Below, one piece after another: positions 46,846-56,824 of a stretch of 64,000 nucleotides of DNA. The position numbers and the translations under genes are program-made. A model generated the notes under the pieces. That model was not told the origin of the DNA and made no database searches. It worked only from the letters and a program-made list of their open reading frames with translations. Source of the DNA: a phage; the sequence record NC_101835.1; one strand, written 5' to 3'. Numbering within the stretch: the first letter of the stretch is position 1; each line of letters begins with the position of its first letter.

Positions 46846-48924
46846 TTAAAAAGGCGTTTCATCATCCTCAAAACCAGGGACCGGGTCAGAGGATGGATCA
46901 TCGTACTGGAGGTCTTCCTGCGTGTCAACAGGCTTAACAGTAGGAGTTACAACCTTATCAGCCACAACCTTGCCCATAGGTGTTTCTACAACTGCATGCT
47001 CCTGATCCTCAAACATAGCCTGAGGTCTCCAAACAACCTCCCCACCTTCTCCGTCTGTAAACATTTGCATTTCTTTGTCCCAGTACCAATTACTGGCATC
47101 ATGGAACTTACCTGTATGTGGGTCCATAACTAAAGTGTCAGCAATACCTAAAGTTTTTGCTGGACGGTTTTTAAGACCTACCAGACGGACACGCCCACGA
47201 GAACGATCCACCATTTCTTCGGCCTCGACACCTATGACTACCCAACTCAACTGTTCAAGCCCAGCCGATCCTCGCAAATTCTCTTTTCGCACAGGATACC
47301 AGAAAGGTAATGGGTTACCATCCTTGTCCTTAGGGGGCACAATCTCTGTACGTTTGAGGTGAGCGATCACCAAGATAAACACGTTAAACTGCTTACAAAA
47401 CGCAGCCAGCTGAGTCATAGCCATGTCCAGTTCTTTTCGCTCATCTTTAACATTAAGCCCTGAAATTACCATAGACAGGTGATCCAGCACAATATAGCGA
47501 CAATGGTACAGGCAGACCATTTGCTTAAGCTTGGTAATCAACTCGTCCACTGGAATAGACCCGAAATGTTTGAACACTTTGATTTTTCCAGCTTTTGCCC
47601 ATGATTGGTGAATCTCTGCATGTTCTTGATCAGTTAAAAACTGGCTAGGATCTTCAACAAACTCTTTAACATCAAACCCTAACTGGTTTGCATACAAGGA
47701 GTTAATTGCTTCCTCTGGGTCCTCCTCAAGATGAATCATGCATAGACGATCATCCTCTTCGTAGTCATCGGCCTTTGGACATGTCGGGTCCATTAGGTAT
47801 CTTGCAATACAGTGTTCCAGTTTTTTGGCTACAGTTGTTTTACCACCTCCTGATGGACCTGTAAGCATTACGAGTGTCCCTTTGTGCAAGCCTTTTAGCA
47901 TTTTTTGCAGTTTTGGAAACTCTGCGCTGATATCTACCCCGTTGGAAGTCTTTTTCCGCAAAGATTCGATAGAGAAGTCTTCTAAATCCGACACAGCATC
48001 AGGCACATACTTAACAGGATGCCGGAACATGTTTACAATATCTTCCAGCTTTTTAGCCTTCAGCATGTCACGGATATCTTTTACACCATCAGGGTCGTTT
48101 ACCTCGCCAGGATATTCCACGTGGTAAACGTTGTCAGCCATCAAAAATGCTGCAATATTATGTGTGGCTTCAACACCTTTGATAACGTGTTTTTGCTTCT
48201 CTACCTCGTTAGCCGCATCGTTGTCCATTGCAAGGACCACTGTTCCGTAGCTACGGATAAATTTCTCATTGTTTGCAAAAGTATCTACTGCGTTTGCACA
48301 TCCACAGTTAATTCCAACAAAAGGTAGGCAGGGTTTTCCTGCCAGATCACCCCCGTTGATAACTGCATCGATCCCGTCCTGGACCTCTTTAGCCCACTGT
48401 TTCACCTTTGCCGGGGCTTTAGCGTTGGTGAGAATCCCTTTTACTTGTATCTGATATGCAGCCTGCCATGCTGCAATAACATCACCTTCCCCCTCACAAA
48501 CGTTAATCTGCTTACGGTTGTTAGAAGATGCACACAGCTTTTGCCCAAACATTTGGGAGTTAGCCTTTACGATCCCAACCGTCGTAAAGTGCCCACGTTG
48601 CTCTTTGGGGATCGTCCAGTCACGCTTTTTGAAACCGGACAGATTCCCGTAGCGGTCGTAATATGGGAAATATGTTGCAGTAACTGTCACACCGTCTTCT
48701 TGGGACAATGCTGATCGCACACCAAAATATTGTGCAGCCATCAGACCGATATTTTGTTGTGGGACAGGGACGATTTTAGTATTTTCTAAAACAGTCTCTA
48801 CAGTTTCAACTTCTTTTTCATCACGATAGTCTCGTTTCACACTTCCCCCACTTTTATACTTAGTTGCTTTCGGGTTTGGCTCACCGAAACGGTTGTATGC
48901 AGATGCCATAAATTTACTTCCCAT
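46846..48924 (-). CDS. primase-helicase (TOPRIM primase fused to DnaB-like helicase)
   Basis: TOPRIM VCEGEGD; Walker A GPSGGGKT; acidic C-terminal tail ...FEDDETPF. Confidence 0.8.
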   Translation of the reverse strand: MGSKFMASAYNRFGEPNPKATKYKSGGSVKRDYRDEKEVETVETVLENTKIVPVPQQNIGLMAAQYFGVRSALSQEDGVTVTATYFPYYDRYGNLSGFKKRDWTIPKEQRGHFTTVGIVKANSQMFGQKLCASSNNRKQINVCEGEGDVIAAWQAAYQIQVKGILTNAKAPAKVKQWAKEVQDGIDAVINGGDLAGKPCLPFVGINCGCANAVDTFANNEKFIRSYGTVVLAMDNDAANEVEKQKHVIKGVEATHNIAAFLMADNVYHVEYPGEVNDPDGVKDIRDMLKAKKLEDIVNMFRHPVKYVPDAVSDLEDFSIESLRKKTSNGVDISAEFPKLQKMLKGLHKGTLVMLTGPSGGGKTTVAKKLEHCIARYLMDPTCPKADDYEEDDRLCMIHLEEDPEEAINSLYANQLGFDVKEFVEDPSQFLTDQEHAEIHQSWAKAGKIKVFKHFGSIPVDELITKLKQMVCLYHCRYIVLDHLSMVISGLNVKDERKELDMAMTQLAAFCKQFNVFILVIAHLKRTEIVPPKDKDGNPLPFWYPVRKENLRGSAGLEQLSWVVIGVEAEEMVDRSRGRVRLVGLKNRPAKTLGIADTLVMDPHTGKFHDASNWYWDKEMQMFTDGEGGEVVWRPQAMFEDQEHAVVETPMGKVVADKVVTPTVKPVDTQEDLQYDDPSSDPVPGFEDDETPF

Positions 48925-49708
48925 TAATTCTGCTCCTTACTACAGGCTCGTTTGCTAAGAATACGGCTTTTGCCCAGCCACGTGGTGTGAGGCTTCGGAT
49001 CATCTTCGTTCTTGCACTCTTTCCACCCAGCTTGGCGTGTTGCATGGAATACCCGCTAACCGCGTCAACTATTTGCGGGACAGGTTTTGTGGCCGGGATT
49101 ATAAATCCATTACCTATCCAGCCGCAAGTTATTTTTGGATAGGCATCACGTGGAGCTATAAATTCAGGAAACCAAGGGTTTACATCATCCTCCGGTAAAT
49201 ACCCTCCATAGTCAGAAGGATGAAAACGGTAATCAGGTTTGCGCCACAGTGTGGACATAACACCAACAGGATTCTCTACATGCCACGGGCAATCGTAAAT
49301 CTCTCCCAGCTCTTCCGCAACCCGAGCATCCTTTACAGCATTAATTTGGATCATGGGGTCCTTAGCCAGCTTTTTCTTAAAATGTGCAGCACCTGATACC
49401 GCTAAATGCGTGCACGGAGGAAATGCAAGAATAAAGTCTGGGGCTGGGTACATGCAAAAAGTTTCCTGAGGGAACCATGGGTCAATCCAATAATCCACAT
49501 AGTGGATGTTGGGATGATCGGTTATCACCTCTGCATAACTGCCGTGATCAGCACCTTCTGCATTGAAGCATAGGCACAGGTACCCAGCTTTTGCCCAGTC
49601 AATGACTGCACCACCAGACCCGTCAAATAGACTCCACACAACACCTTTGTGGTAGTGTTCTTTGTAGATAAATTTCAATTTGCTGTCTCCTAATGCAAAA
49701 AGCCCCAC
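48914..49708 (-). CDS. DNA cytosine-C5 methyltransferase-like protein
   Basis: Motif I LFDGSGG, motif IV-like AFPPCTHLAVSG, motif VI HVENPVG. Confidence 0.55.
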   Translation of the reverse strand: MGLFALGDSKLKFIYKEHYHKGVVWSLFDGSGGAVIDWAKAGYLCLCFNAEGADHGSYAEVITDHPNIHYVDYWIDPWFPQETFCMYPAPDFILAFPPCTHLAVSGAAHFKKKLAKDPMIQINAVKDARVAEELGEIYDCPWHVENPVGVMSTLWRKPDYRFHPSDYGGYLPEDDVNPWFPEFIAPRDAYPKITCGWIGNGFIIPATKPVPQIVDAVSGYSMQHAKLGGKSARTKMIRSLTPRGWAKAVFLANEPVVRSRINGK

Positions 49709-49729
49709 CCTTTCGGGCAGGGCCTAGTG

Positions 49730-50212
49730 TTAAACCCGGATACCTATTGTATACTCGGTGGATACCAATGTCAAATCTAAATTTAAAATTTCTTGCATCT
49801 CATAGTATGCGTCCAGGGTGAGATACATTTCCCCATCCTTTTCTACATACTTGTCCAAGTGCTTGAGGCATTTCGGATAACTATCGAGCGCAGCTTTCAG
49901 ACACTCAAACTCTGTGCTGTTGATGAGTCCTTCCATCTTGGCTACCCGTTCTGGGGTAACGATAGCACTGTAGTGAGATTTAGCTTCCTGAATGCAATGG
50001 GTCCAAGCATCAACTTTCTCTTCGAAAAGTCCGAAGAATTTCTTTTTGGTGAGCTTCAGATTCTTTAAGTGCTTAAGCACTCGGTTGCCGATCACAGCCA
50101 CATCACGAAACTTAAGGATCACTTTGTCGATATCTTCGCGACCTATTTTCACAAAACAGGCCTTACACATTTCAGGGGAGGAATAACCAACTTTCCACAT
50201 AAAATCTGACAT
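49730..50212 (-). CDS. hypothetical protein
   Basis: Track ORF. Confidence 0.5.
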   Translation of the reverse strand: MSDFMWKVGYSSPEMCKACFVKIGREDIDKVILKFRDVAVIGNRVLKHLKNLKLTKKKFFGLFEEKVDAWTHCIQEAKSHYSAIVTPERVAKMEGLINSTEFECLKAALDSYPKCLKHLDKYVEKDGEMYLTLDAYYEMQEILNLDLTLVSTEYTIGIRV

Positions 50213-50224
50213 ACCACCCTCTCC

Positions 50225-50620
50225 TTATTCCTGAAAAGCAACGATATCATATGAACTTGCAGACGATCCTAGTGAAGAATGACTCCAGTCCAGGTTATCA
50301 GAGTAGTCAGCGTACTGTGCACCACTACGTAGTTTATATTTTACCCACTTACCTGGTGCAGGGTTTTCACCACCTTCCCATACTTCCCAGTCTTCTGGCA
50401 GGCCGTCCTGAGGGTAGTCATCCACCTCACTAATAATCTTAGGGTTTGGCACCAAGACCCATGCAGGCTCTTCCTTCCGGGTAAGTGTCCACACAGCGTA
50501 GGTATCTGAGCAGGCGCATGATAGCAAAGTATATCCACTATTCAGAACTTCTGCAAGCTCTTTTTCAGCATCTCCCAATTTGGTTAAGTGGTATTGGATA
50601 ATCTTCACACCTGTAATCAT
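50225..50620 (-). CDS. hypothetical protein
   Basis: Track ORF. Confidence 0.5.
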   Translation of the reverse strand: MITGVKIIQYHLTKLGDAEKELAEVLNSGYTLLSCACSDTYAVWTLTRKEEPAWVLVPNPKIISEVDDYPQDGLPEDWEVWEGGENPAPGKWVKYKLRSGAQYADYSDNLDWSHSSLGSSASSYDIVAFQE

Positions 50621-50922
50621 CAGAAACCTCCCACTTCTTCAGCAAATGCAGCTGCTGTCGTCGCTGCATCCAGATAGGACTCTAGTTCACGGGCTGCACG
50701 TTTGTAAATTGAGTGGCGCATATCGTTTGGCAGTTGGTGGAAGTCCACCTCTTCACCGTTGTGGTAAACACGCACATCGGTAATTTGTCTAAATCCGTAA
50801 TAGTCAACATCAGAGTCACGGCACTCCGAGTCTGGCAGCTGGACAACTGCTTGAGCTTCCACAGTAAACATATCGTCAAGTTCGAAATCGATTTCAAAAG
50901 TGTATGGTTTATAACGTTTCAT
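50620..50922 (-). CDS. hypothetical protein
   Basis: Track ORF. Confidence 0.5.
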   Translation of the reverse strand: MKRYKPYTFEIDFELDDMFTVEAQAVVQLPDSECRDSDVDYYGFRQITDVRVYHNGEEVDFHQLPNDMRHSIYKRAARELESYLDAATTAAAFAEEVGGF

Positions 50923-50982
50923 CGTTTAGTGCTTCCTTAGTTTTTGTGGGGAGGAGTGCCTCCCCTTTAGACTAACATCTTA

Positions 50983-51324
50983 CTACTGAAGGTCTTCAGA
51001 GTCAAGCTCAAAAAGAATCAAACTGTGCATGCCTGCAGAGAGATCAACGCACCCTGCAATAATAAGGGTCTGATAGTAAGGTTCAGCACCATCAATGTCT
51101 TCGTTAAAATCTACAACAAGATAGTCACCTTTGTTAAAGGTGTATTTGTCCGATGTAAACGCAAAACCTACCCAGTCCCCTACTGCAGGATCTTTATCAG
51201 TCACCTTTGTTAGCAGTAGATCTTTTTCACGAGATCTTTTAGTAAAATCGTGAATCACAACATCCTTCTCTTCAGGAGTTGGATTGCCGCACACGTAGTT
51301 AACTATATTTCTCCACAAACTCAT
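50983..51324 (-). CDS. hypothetical protein
   Basis: Track ORF. Confidence 0.5.
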   Translation of the reverse strand: MSLWRNIVNYVCGNPTPEEKDVVIHDFTKRSREKDLLLTKVTDKDPAVGDWVGFAFTSDKYTFNKGDYLVVDFNEDIDGAEPYYQTLIIAGCVDLSAGMHSLILFELDSEDLQ

Positions 51325-52691
51325 ACGTCCCCCTCTTCGGCTCTGGTTTCAAAATCTTTCCTGACAATTTTGTCTAAGTCAGGGAATGTTGTATTGTAAA
51401 ACTCTACGACTCGCGGGTCAACAATAATGTCAACTTCTCTTAGTGGACGCAACAAGTTTATTCCTTGTATTGTCTTAACTCGACTCAAAGCAACATACGT
51501 CATCCCCGGAGAGAAAGCTCCGTTCTTTCCAAGGTCTAGGTTGTAACAATCTAGCGTAAGTCCTTGACTTTTATGAGATGTTACGGCGTACCCAGATTTC
51601 AGAGGAAGTTGCTTGTATGACCCAATCACTACCCTCTCTATAAACTTCTCCATCTTCCTTTCTGCAATATTGTATCTCTGAGAGGGCTTATACTCGTTAT
51701 TCTCCCACAACCTCTGCTCTATGTCAACCTGTGTTCCATCTTCAAGCTCTACCACCACCGCCTTGTTCTTAAATTTAACAATTGTGGCACGTGTTCCGTT
51801 AACATAATAAGGTACTTTGTGCGTCGGGTCAACATCGTTGGCGGTTATCATAACTTTCATGCCAATTTTCAACTTCATCTCCTGCTCAACTGGCAGGGTG
51901 GAGGGAAACTTACCCTTCATTTCACCAGTGTATACCTTCTCTGGGGCGTTGATGGCATCATAGAACCTTCTGTTTACTTCCTCTGCTTGTTTGTTGGTGG
52001 CGCAAATTGTGAGAGCATCTGTTGGTACACCACCTTTGTAACAGCGAGCATTAAGTTCTGCTACAACCTCTTTTATGCGACGACCCTCACGAACACAGTT
52101 GAGCATTGTGGCAAATCGAATAGACTCCTGTCGGAACTGATCTATTAGGGCTATGTTGTGGAGGTCAAGCTCTTTCCAAGATTCGGTATAGCAACACAGG
52201 TCCGTATGGTAGAAGTTGAAGTAGGCTTCCTTCTCCATAGAAGAGACAACAGGAGGTGCCTGGTAAAAATCGCCAAACAATATGACCTGTATGCCCCCGA
52301 AAGGTTTGTCATTTTTTCGAAGGAAGCGGAGTTTCCTATCCATCTCTATAAACTTATCAGCACGAATCATAGAGATTTCATCGATAATTAGGATGGTAAA
52401 TGCCTTGCTTTTCAAAGGCTTTGCTGTTTTTGCCCTTATTGCGGTCCAGTCCGACTCCATGCTCACACCTGCTGCAAGATCGAAGGTTCGGTGTGCTGTT
52501 GCTCCATTAACGTTTAAAGCGGCTACCCCTGTCGGGGCAACCGTTATGCAAGAGTCTCCATACATTGACTGGATCATGTTGATGAGGTACGTCTTCCCAC
52601 AACCTGCGGGTCCTGAAACGAAGACATTCTCACCGCTCATGATTGCAACGAGGGCAGCATCTGTGCCTACATCATACTGCCCTTTTTCCAT
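51321..52691 (-). CDS. SF1 DNA helicase (Dda/RecD/PIF1-like)
   Basis: Walker A GPAGCGKT, Walker B ILIIDEISM, C-terminal VTSHKSQG.T...ALSRV. Confidence 0.8.
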   Translation of the reverse strand: MEKGQYDVGTDAALVAIMSGENVFVSGPAGCGKTYLINMIQSMYGDSCITVAPTGVAALNVNGATAHRTFDLAAGVSMESDWTAIRAKTAKPLKSKAFTILIIDEISMIRADKFIEMDRKLRFLRKNDKPFGGIQVILFGDFYQAPPVVSSMEKEAYFNFYHTDLCCYTESWKELDLHNIALIDQFRQESIRFATMLNCVREGRRIKEVVAELNARCYKGGVPTDALTICATNKQAEEVNRRFYDAINAPEKVYTGEMKGKFPSTLPVEQEMKLKIGMKVMITANDVDPTHKVPYYVNGTRATIVKFKNKAVVVELEDGTQVDIEQRLWENNEYKPSQRYNIAERKMEKFIERVVIGSYKQLPLKSGYAVTSHKSQGLTLDCYNLDLGKNGAFSPGMTYVALSRVKTIQGINLLRPLREVDIIVDPRVVEFYNTTFPDLDKIVRKDFETRAEEGDV

Positions 52692-53896
52692 TACGCCTCC
52701 TCGTAAAGAATGTCGATAGTATTACCGTCACGATCAACTACATATTCAATAGGGTCTCCATCTTTGCGTGCTTCCGGAGCTACCACAATCTCATAGCGGC
52801 ATGCACGGCACTTAGCGCTATTGTGTTGGTATGGCACACTAACCACATCTGCAGGATCAACCATAACAGTCATTACAGTGCCGTAGCTCTTTGCATACTC
52901 TTTGCTGGCGCAGTGTAAGCCATAGGAGCACGCAGCTTCCGGATCATCCTCTACAAAGTTACGAGGCATGGATACAAAAGCACCCTGGTATTGTGGAACT
53001 TTACCACTGTGCCAATCCACCCACTTGCTGCCGTTAAACTGAACCCCTTTGTAGCAAATGATTCGACCATCTTCTGCAATCTGGATATCGTTGGCCTGCA
53101 TAAAATCGTAGAGCATGTTTACAGATTTTGCAGAAGGATTGCGTAGCAGGCGAACGAGGAATTTCACATAGCGGTCATCCAGCGTTCCGTCTGCATAATC
53201 TTTCTCAATTTTCTTTGCAATGGTGGATCGCATCTCTACACCGTAGTAGTAGAGCTTACCATCTTTCATGATCAGGTTGTCTGCAAGTGTGGTGAACTCA
53301 TTCTTGCGTTCCAGCCAGACAAGGATTTCACCAATTGCCTCATCATATTCCTGAACAGAGATATGGTCGAAGACTTTCTGGTAAACTTCCTCACTTTCGC
53401 TGCGGCGAATTTCAAAAATGCCTTCGTTGCAGGTGATCTGGAGGAGTTCACCACAAATAACTACCAAAGGCTCGATGCTTCGAGTCTGTTGCTGAGACAC
53501 ACTGCTCACCACCTCCAGCACCGGGTCTTTGACTTCTACTAAAGGTTCTTCTGACTTGATTGCCACCCCAGTGAACCCCACACCGTGAACAACACACAGT
53601 GGGTATACCACGCCCCAACGTTTAACGGAACCTTCGCCTAAGTCTAAGATCATGGCGTACTTACCATTATCTTCCAGCCCATATCGAAATAGACGGGCCT
53701 CTTCACGGGTTTCAAAATCCTCACGGGTGTAGCAGACGCTGTCACGGTCAGGATCGAACAATTCTGGGGCACCCACTGCCAGTGTCCAGGTTGTGTCACC
53801 TTTCTCAATGGCACATGTGAAACCCTTCTTCTCAAGTTCTGCACGGCGGTCGCGTGCTTCTTTACGAGTTTTGAAATGTTCGTAGATGAAAATCAT
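52691..53896 (-). CDS. hypothetical protein (possibly rIIB-like, speculative)
   Basis: Immediately downstream of and coupled to the GHKL protein; no motif recognised. Confidence 0.3.
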   Translation of the reverse strand: MIFIYEHFKTRKEARDRRAELEKKGFTCAIEKGDTTWTLAVGAPELFDPDRDSVCYTREDFETREEARLFRYGLEDNGKYAMILDLGEGSVKRWGVVYPLCVVHGVGFTGVAIKSEEPLVEVKDPVLEVVSSVSQQQTRSIEPLVVICGELLQITCNEGIFEIRRSESEEVYQKVFDHISVQEYDEAIGEILVWLERKNEFTTLADNLIMKDGKLYYYGVEMRSTIAKKIEKDYADGTLDDRYVKFLVRLLRNPSAKSVNMLYDFMQANDIQIAEDGRIICYKGVQFNGSKWVDWHSGKVPQYQGAFVSMPRNFVEDDPEAACSYGLHCASKEYAKSYGTVMTVMVDPADVVSVPYQHNSAKCRACRYEIVVAPEARKDGDPIEYVVDRDGNTIDILYEEA

Positions 53897-53906
53897 CTTG
53901 GTCTCC

Positions 53907-55889
53907 TTATTTGATGTTATTCTTTGTATCGATCAGTTCACGGTATTCAATCATAGCAGGAGTGTCCCAATATTTCAAGCCTACATGCTTCAAAAGTGGG
54001 TATTTCTTTTCCAATCTTGCAATATAGGCCTTCCCGCATTTAACTCGGTTGGCGATTAAGATTTTGGCACGATGATTTAGCTCACTGTGCTTCCACGTGG
54101 TGTTACCTTCCCACTTGTGGAAATGTGGCCGATAATTTCCAAAATCTTGCATGGGAATAATTTTCCCTAATTGTCTATACAGGCTGTCATAAGAAGTCTC
54201 ATTTGCTGCACGGGTCAGTAAGAATTTCCAAGCATCCTCTTTCAACAGGTGCTCCACATTCTTCTCTGTAACATACTGGCAATCAGGATCAGTCCAAAGC
54301 AGACGAGATTCAGATACCAGATACAGATCTTCACCTTCAGGAATCTGAAGTGCCGCACGTACACGGTCATAATCTTGCTGGTAGATGTTACTCATCTGCC
54401 CCAGCCAACAACTTCCACGTTGGATATCACCCTCATAAGGGATGCAGTGTTTAATCTTCCGGAACTCTGCCTTAGTAATACGCTCACGGCGGAAGTAACC
54501 ATCCTTCTCAAGTTTTTTAACCCAATAGCCTGGCTCATAACGAGTTTTTGTTTCACCTTTCTTGGCAGGTCGGCGAGGGAGCTCCGATAACAATTTGACC
54601 GTATCTGCAAAGAACGGGTGGTGTGCCGCTTCTTTAAACTCTTCCACCAGATCCGTGGTACGGCAATAGAAAACGTTGCGTCCGGTGATCTCGCTTAAGT
54701 AGTTACACTTATTTCGGTTATATTTGCCGTCTCCGTCGTTAAATACTAAATAGACTCCCCGTAAGAACTCTGACTTTCCATAACGAGCATAGCCTATGCG
54801 GCCTTTATTTAAGCCGCCAGCGAAAATTTCACAATCGCCTAAGTCTCCAAGTCCTGTTTCTTCCCAACGGTTCCACATAAAGTTTTTGCCGAAGATGTGT
54901 CCGAACACCCCACTATTCTTCATCATTTCACGTGCTTCTGAGGATGTTTTTGCTGTTTCCAATTCCGCAACAACTTCTGCCCCACGAAGACGGATACCTT
55001 CTTTGACAAAGGCCTCCAGGCGATCCTGGAATCCACCGTCGTCATGGCCCTCTATGGTCCATTCACGCCCAGGGTTAATATTGCAATCCCCAATAGGAAT
55101 TTCCACGCAGATTGCAGGGTAATCGGTCAATGTCTCCAGGAACTTGGAGCGGTAAGGTTGGTGACCCATCACAACACGGCTCTCATCAGAACTGGTATAA
55201 CCTTTCAGGATGGTCATTTTCCAGCCATCCTTCTCGTAATGATACTGTGCCTCAACCTTGTCACCTTCTAACATCTTACTGGTCATAGGATCGGTGACGA
55301 TGAACGGAAACTTCGCATAGCGTAAGCACGATGCAATAGCAGTGCGATATTTCAGGACATGCTCTTTCTTAACATGGAACTGAACTTTTACCCCGTTGTG
55401 CTCTTCAGTCTTCCGCTCACGGATCTTGGTAACGTTTGGGATACCCTGATCCAAGAACAATAGATATGTGCTTTCAACACCATTGTGCACACTGATAACA
55501 TCGAAAGTGTCCACCATACTGAACGGAGCCTTTGAACCAACACCTTTATTACCTACCAGAGCGTTGCTGTTGCGCTTGGTTGACTCCCCGAGATTCATGA
55601 AAGTGTTGCGGACCATCTCTTCTGACATGCCCAATCCAACGTCCTGCACAAAGAAGTATGGTTCAAGGTCTGTAGGGGAGTGAATGATGATCGGTACATC
55701 ACCCCGTCCAGACTCAACATGGGAGTCCACAGCATTGAAGATTGGTTCACGGCAGCTTGCCAGCACCTTATCTTCGTAAATCCCTTTAATGATTAGCCCA
55801 AAAGTCTCTTTGTTCAGAGAAATTGAGCCCCTGGTGACCTCCATATTTCCGGTTAGTACTGCTTTAGTTTCATTACTGTTTACAATCAT
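53907..55889 (-). CDS. GHKL-family ATPase (possibly rIIA-like)
   Basis: Bergerat-fold boxes: N-box REPIFNAVDS, G1 DVGLGM, G2 GNKGVGSKAPF. Confidence 0.5.
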   Translation of the reverse strand: MIVNSNETKAVLTGNMEVTRGSISLNKETFGLIIKGIYEDKVLASCREPIFNAVDSHVESGRGDVPIIIHSPTDLEPYFFVQDVGLGMSEEMVRNTFMNLGESTKRNSNALVGNKGVGSKAPFSMVDTFDVISVHNGVESTYLLFLDQGIPNVTKIRERKTEEHNGVKVQFHVKKEHVLKYRTAIASCLRYAKFPFIVTDPMTSKMLEGDKVEAQYHYEKDGWKMTILKGYTSSDESRVVMGHQPYRSKFLETLTDYPAICVEIPIGDCNINPGREWTIEGHDDGGFQDRLEAFVKEGIRLRGAEVVAELETAKTSSEAREMMKNSGVFGHIFGKNFMWNRWEETGLGDLGDCEIFAGGLNKGRIGYARYGKSEFLRGVYLVFNDGDGKYNRNKCNYLSEITGRNVFYCRTTDLVEEFKEAAHHPFFADTVKLLSELPRRPAKKGETKTRYEPGYWVKKLEKDGYFRRERITKAEFRKIKHCIPYEGDIQRGSCWLGQMSNIYQQDYDRVRAALQIPEGEDLYLVSESRLLWTDPDCQYVTEKNVEHLLKEDAWKFLLTRAANETSYDSLYRQLGKIIPMQDFGNYRPHFHKWEGNTTWKHSELNHRAKILIANRVKCGKAYIARLEKKYPLLKHVGLKYWDTPAMIEYRELIDTKNNIK

Positions 55890-56386
55890 TTATTGCGCTC
55901 CTTGTAGTAGATATGACTCCCGAATTGAGCTGTCCTCTGCATCTTTTTTGCCCATTTCGGTCGTACTTTGGTTGTATGGTAGTGTGTTGCTCCACCTGTT
56001 ATATCCATAGCCATGTATGCAACATGGTTGTTATTATAGACCTTTAGAAGCATCTTTGCAAGACTTTTAGCGTGATCCCATGAATCTTTTTCTGTCACCT
56101 TAAAAGTTTTGCCGTGGTTTGTCCACGAAAACTGGTTGGGTTGGTAGACAATCTTTCTTATAGTGTCTGGGTATTTAGGGTGAGATTTCCTGTTTAATGT
56201 GGCAAACCCAGATGCCAGCATACCCATCGTGCCATCCCCTCTAGCTTCCCTGTAGATATTACATGCCAAAATGTTTTCCTTAGTATCTGAGGGCTTGCAA
56301 GTATGATATACTTTTTGTTTTGGTGCTGCAACAACAGGCAGCGATAAAAATGCGCTCAAAATAATAGCAAAGATCTTAATTTTCAC
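55886..56386 (-). CDS. secreted SleB-like cell wall hydrolase
   Basis: Signal peptide MKIKIFAIILSAFLSLPVVAA; Hydrolase_2-like NIYREARGDG...LNR...YP. Confidence 0.6.
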   Translation of the reverse strand: MKIKIFAIILSAFLSLPVVAAPKQKVYHTCKPSDTKENILACNIYREARGDGTMGMLASGFATLNRKSHPKYPDTIRKIVYQPNQFSWTNHGKTFKVTEKDSWDHAKSLAKMLLKVYNNNHVAYMAMDITGGATHYHTTKVRPKWAKKMQRTAQFGSHIYYKERNK

Positions 56387-56434
56387 AATAACTCCAAATA
56401 GAAAATCCCCGCCGAAGCGGGGTGGTATTAGAAA

Positions 56435-56815
56435 TTAATCGTAGTGTGCCAAAATCTCTCCATCGTTGCAAGTTCCCTCTACAAAGTTATGAAGATTCAT
56501 GCACTCATCTTGATAGAAGAATTTACCGCTTTTCAGCCGTAAGCCAAACAACTCCGCATCTCCACGATGGCAAGCCTCTACAAGTTCATAGATTTCATAC
56601 GGCAACTCTCCGTCGTCATGGAAGAACCCAGCCTTATCGTTGACATAGATGAAGAAATAATCACTGCTATCGCAAGCGTCCAATATTTTAAACCAGATTT
56701 CATCTACATCTTTTTCTCGGATATCGATCACGCAAGTGGAGCTGCATTCGTACTCCTTCTCCGGCTCCTCGGTCAATACCACCAGGTAGTTTCCCCGCTT
56801 ACCTACTTTAGCCAT
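56435..56815 (-). CDS. hypothetical acidic protein
   Basis: Track ORF. Confidence 0.5.
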   Translation of the reverse strand: MAKVGKRGNYLVVLTEEPEKEYECSSTCVIDIREKDVDEIWFKILDACDSSDYFFIYVNDKAGFFHDDGELPYEIYELVEACHRGDAELFGLRLKSGKFFYQDECMNLHNFVEGTCNDGEILAHYD

Positions 56816-56824
56816 ACAACCTCC

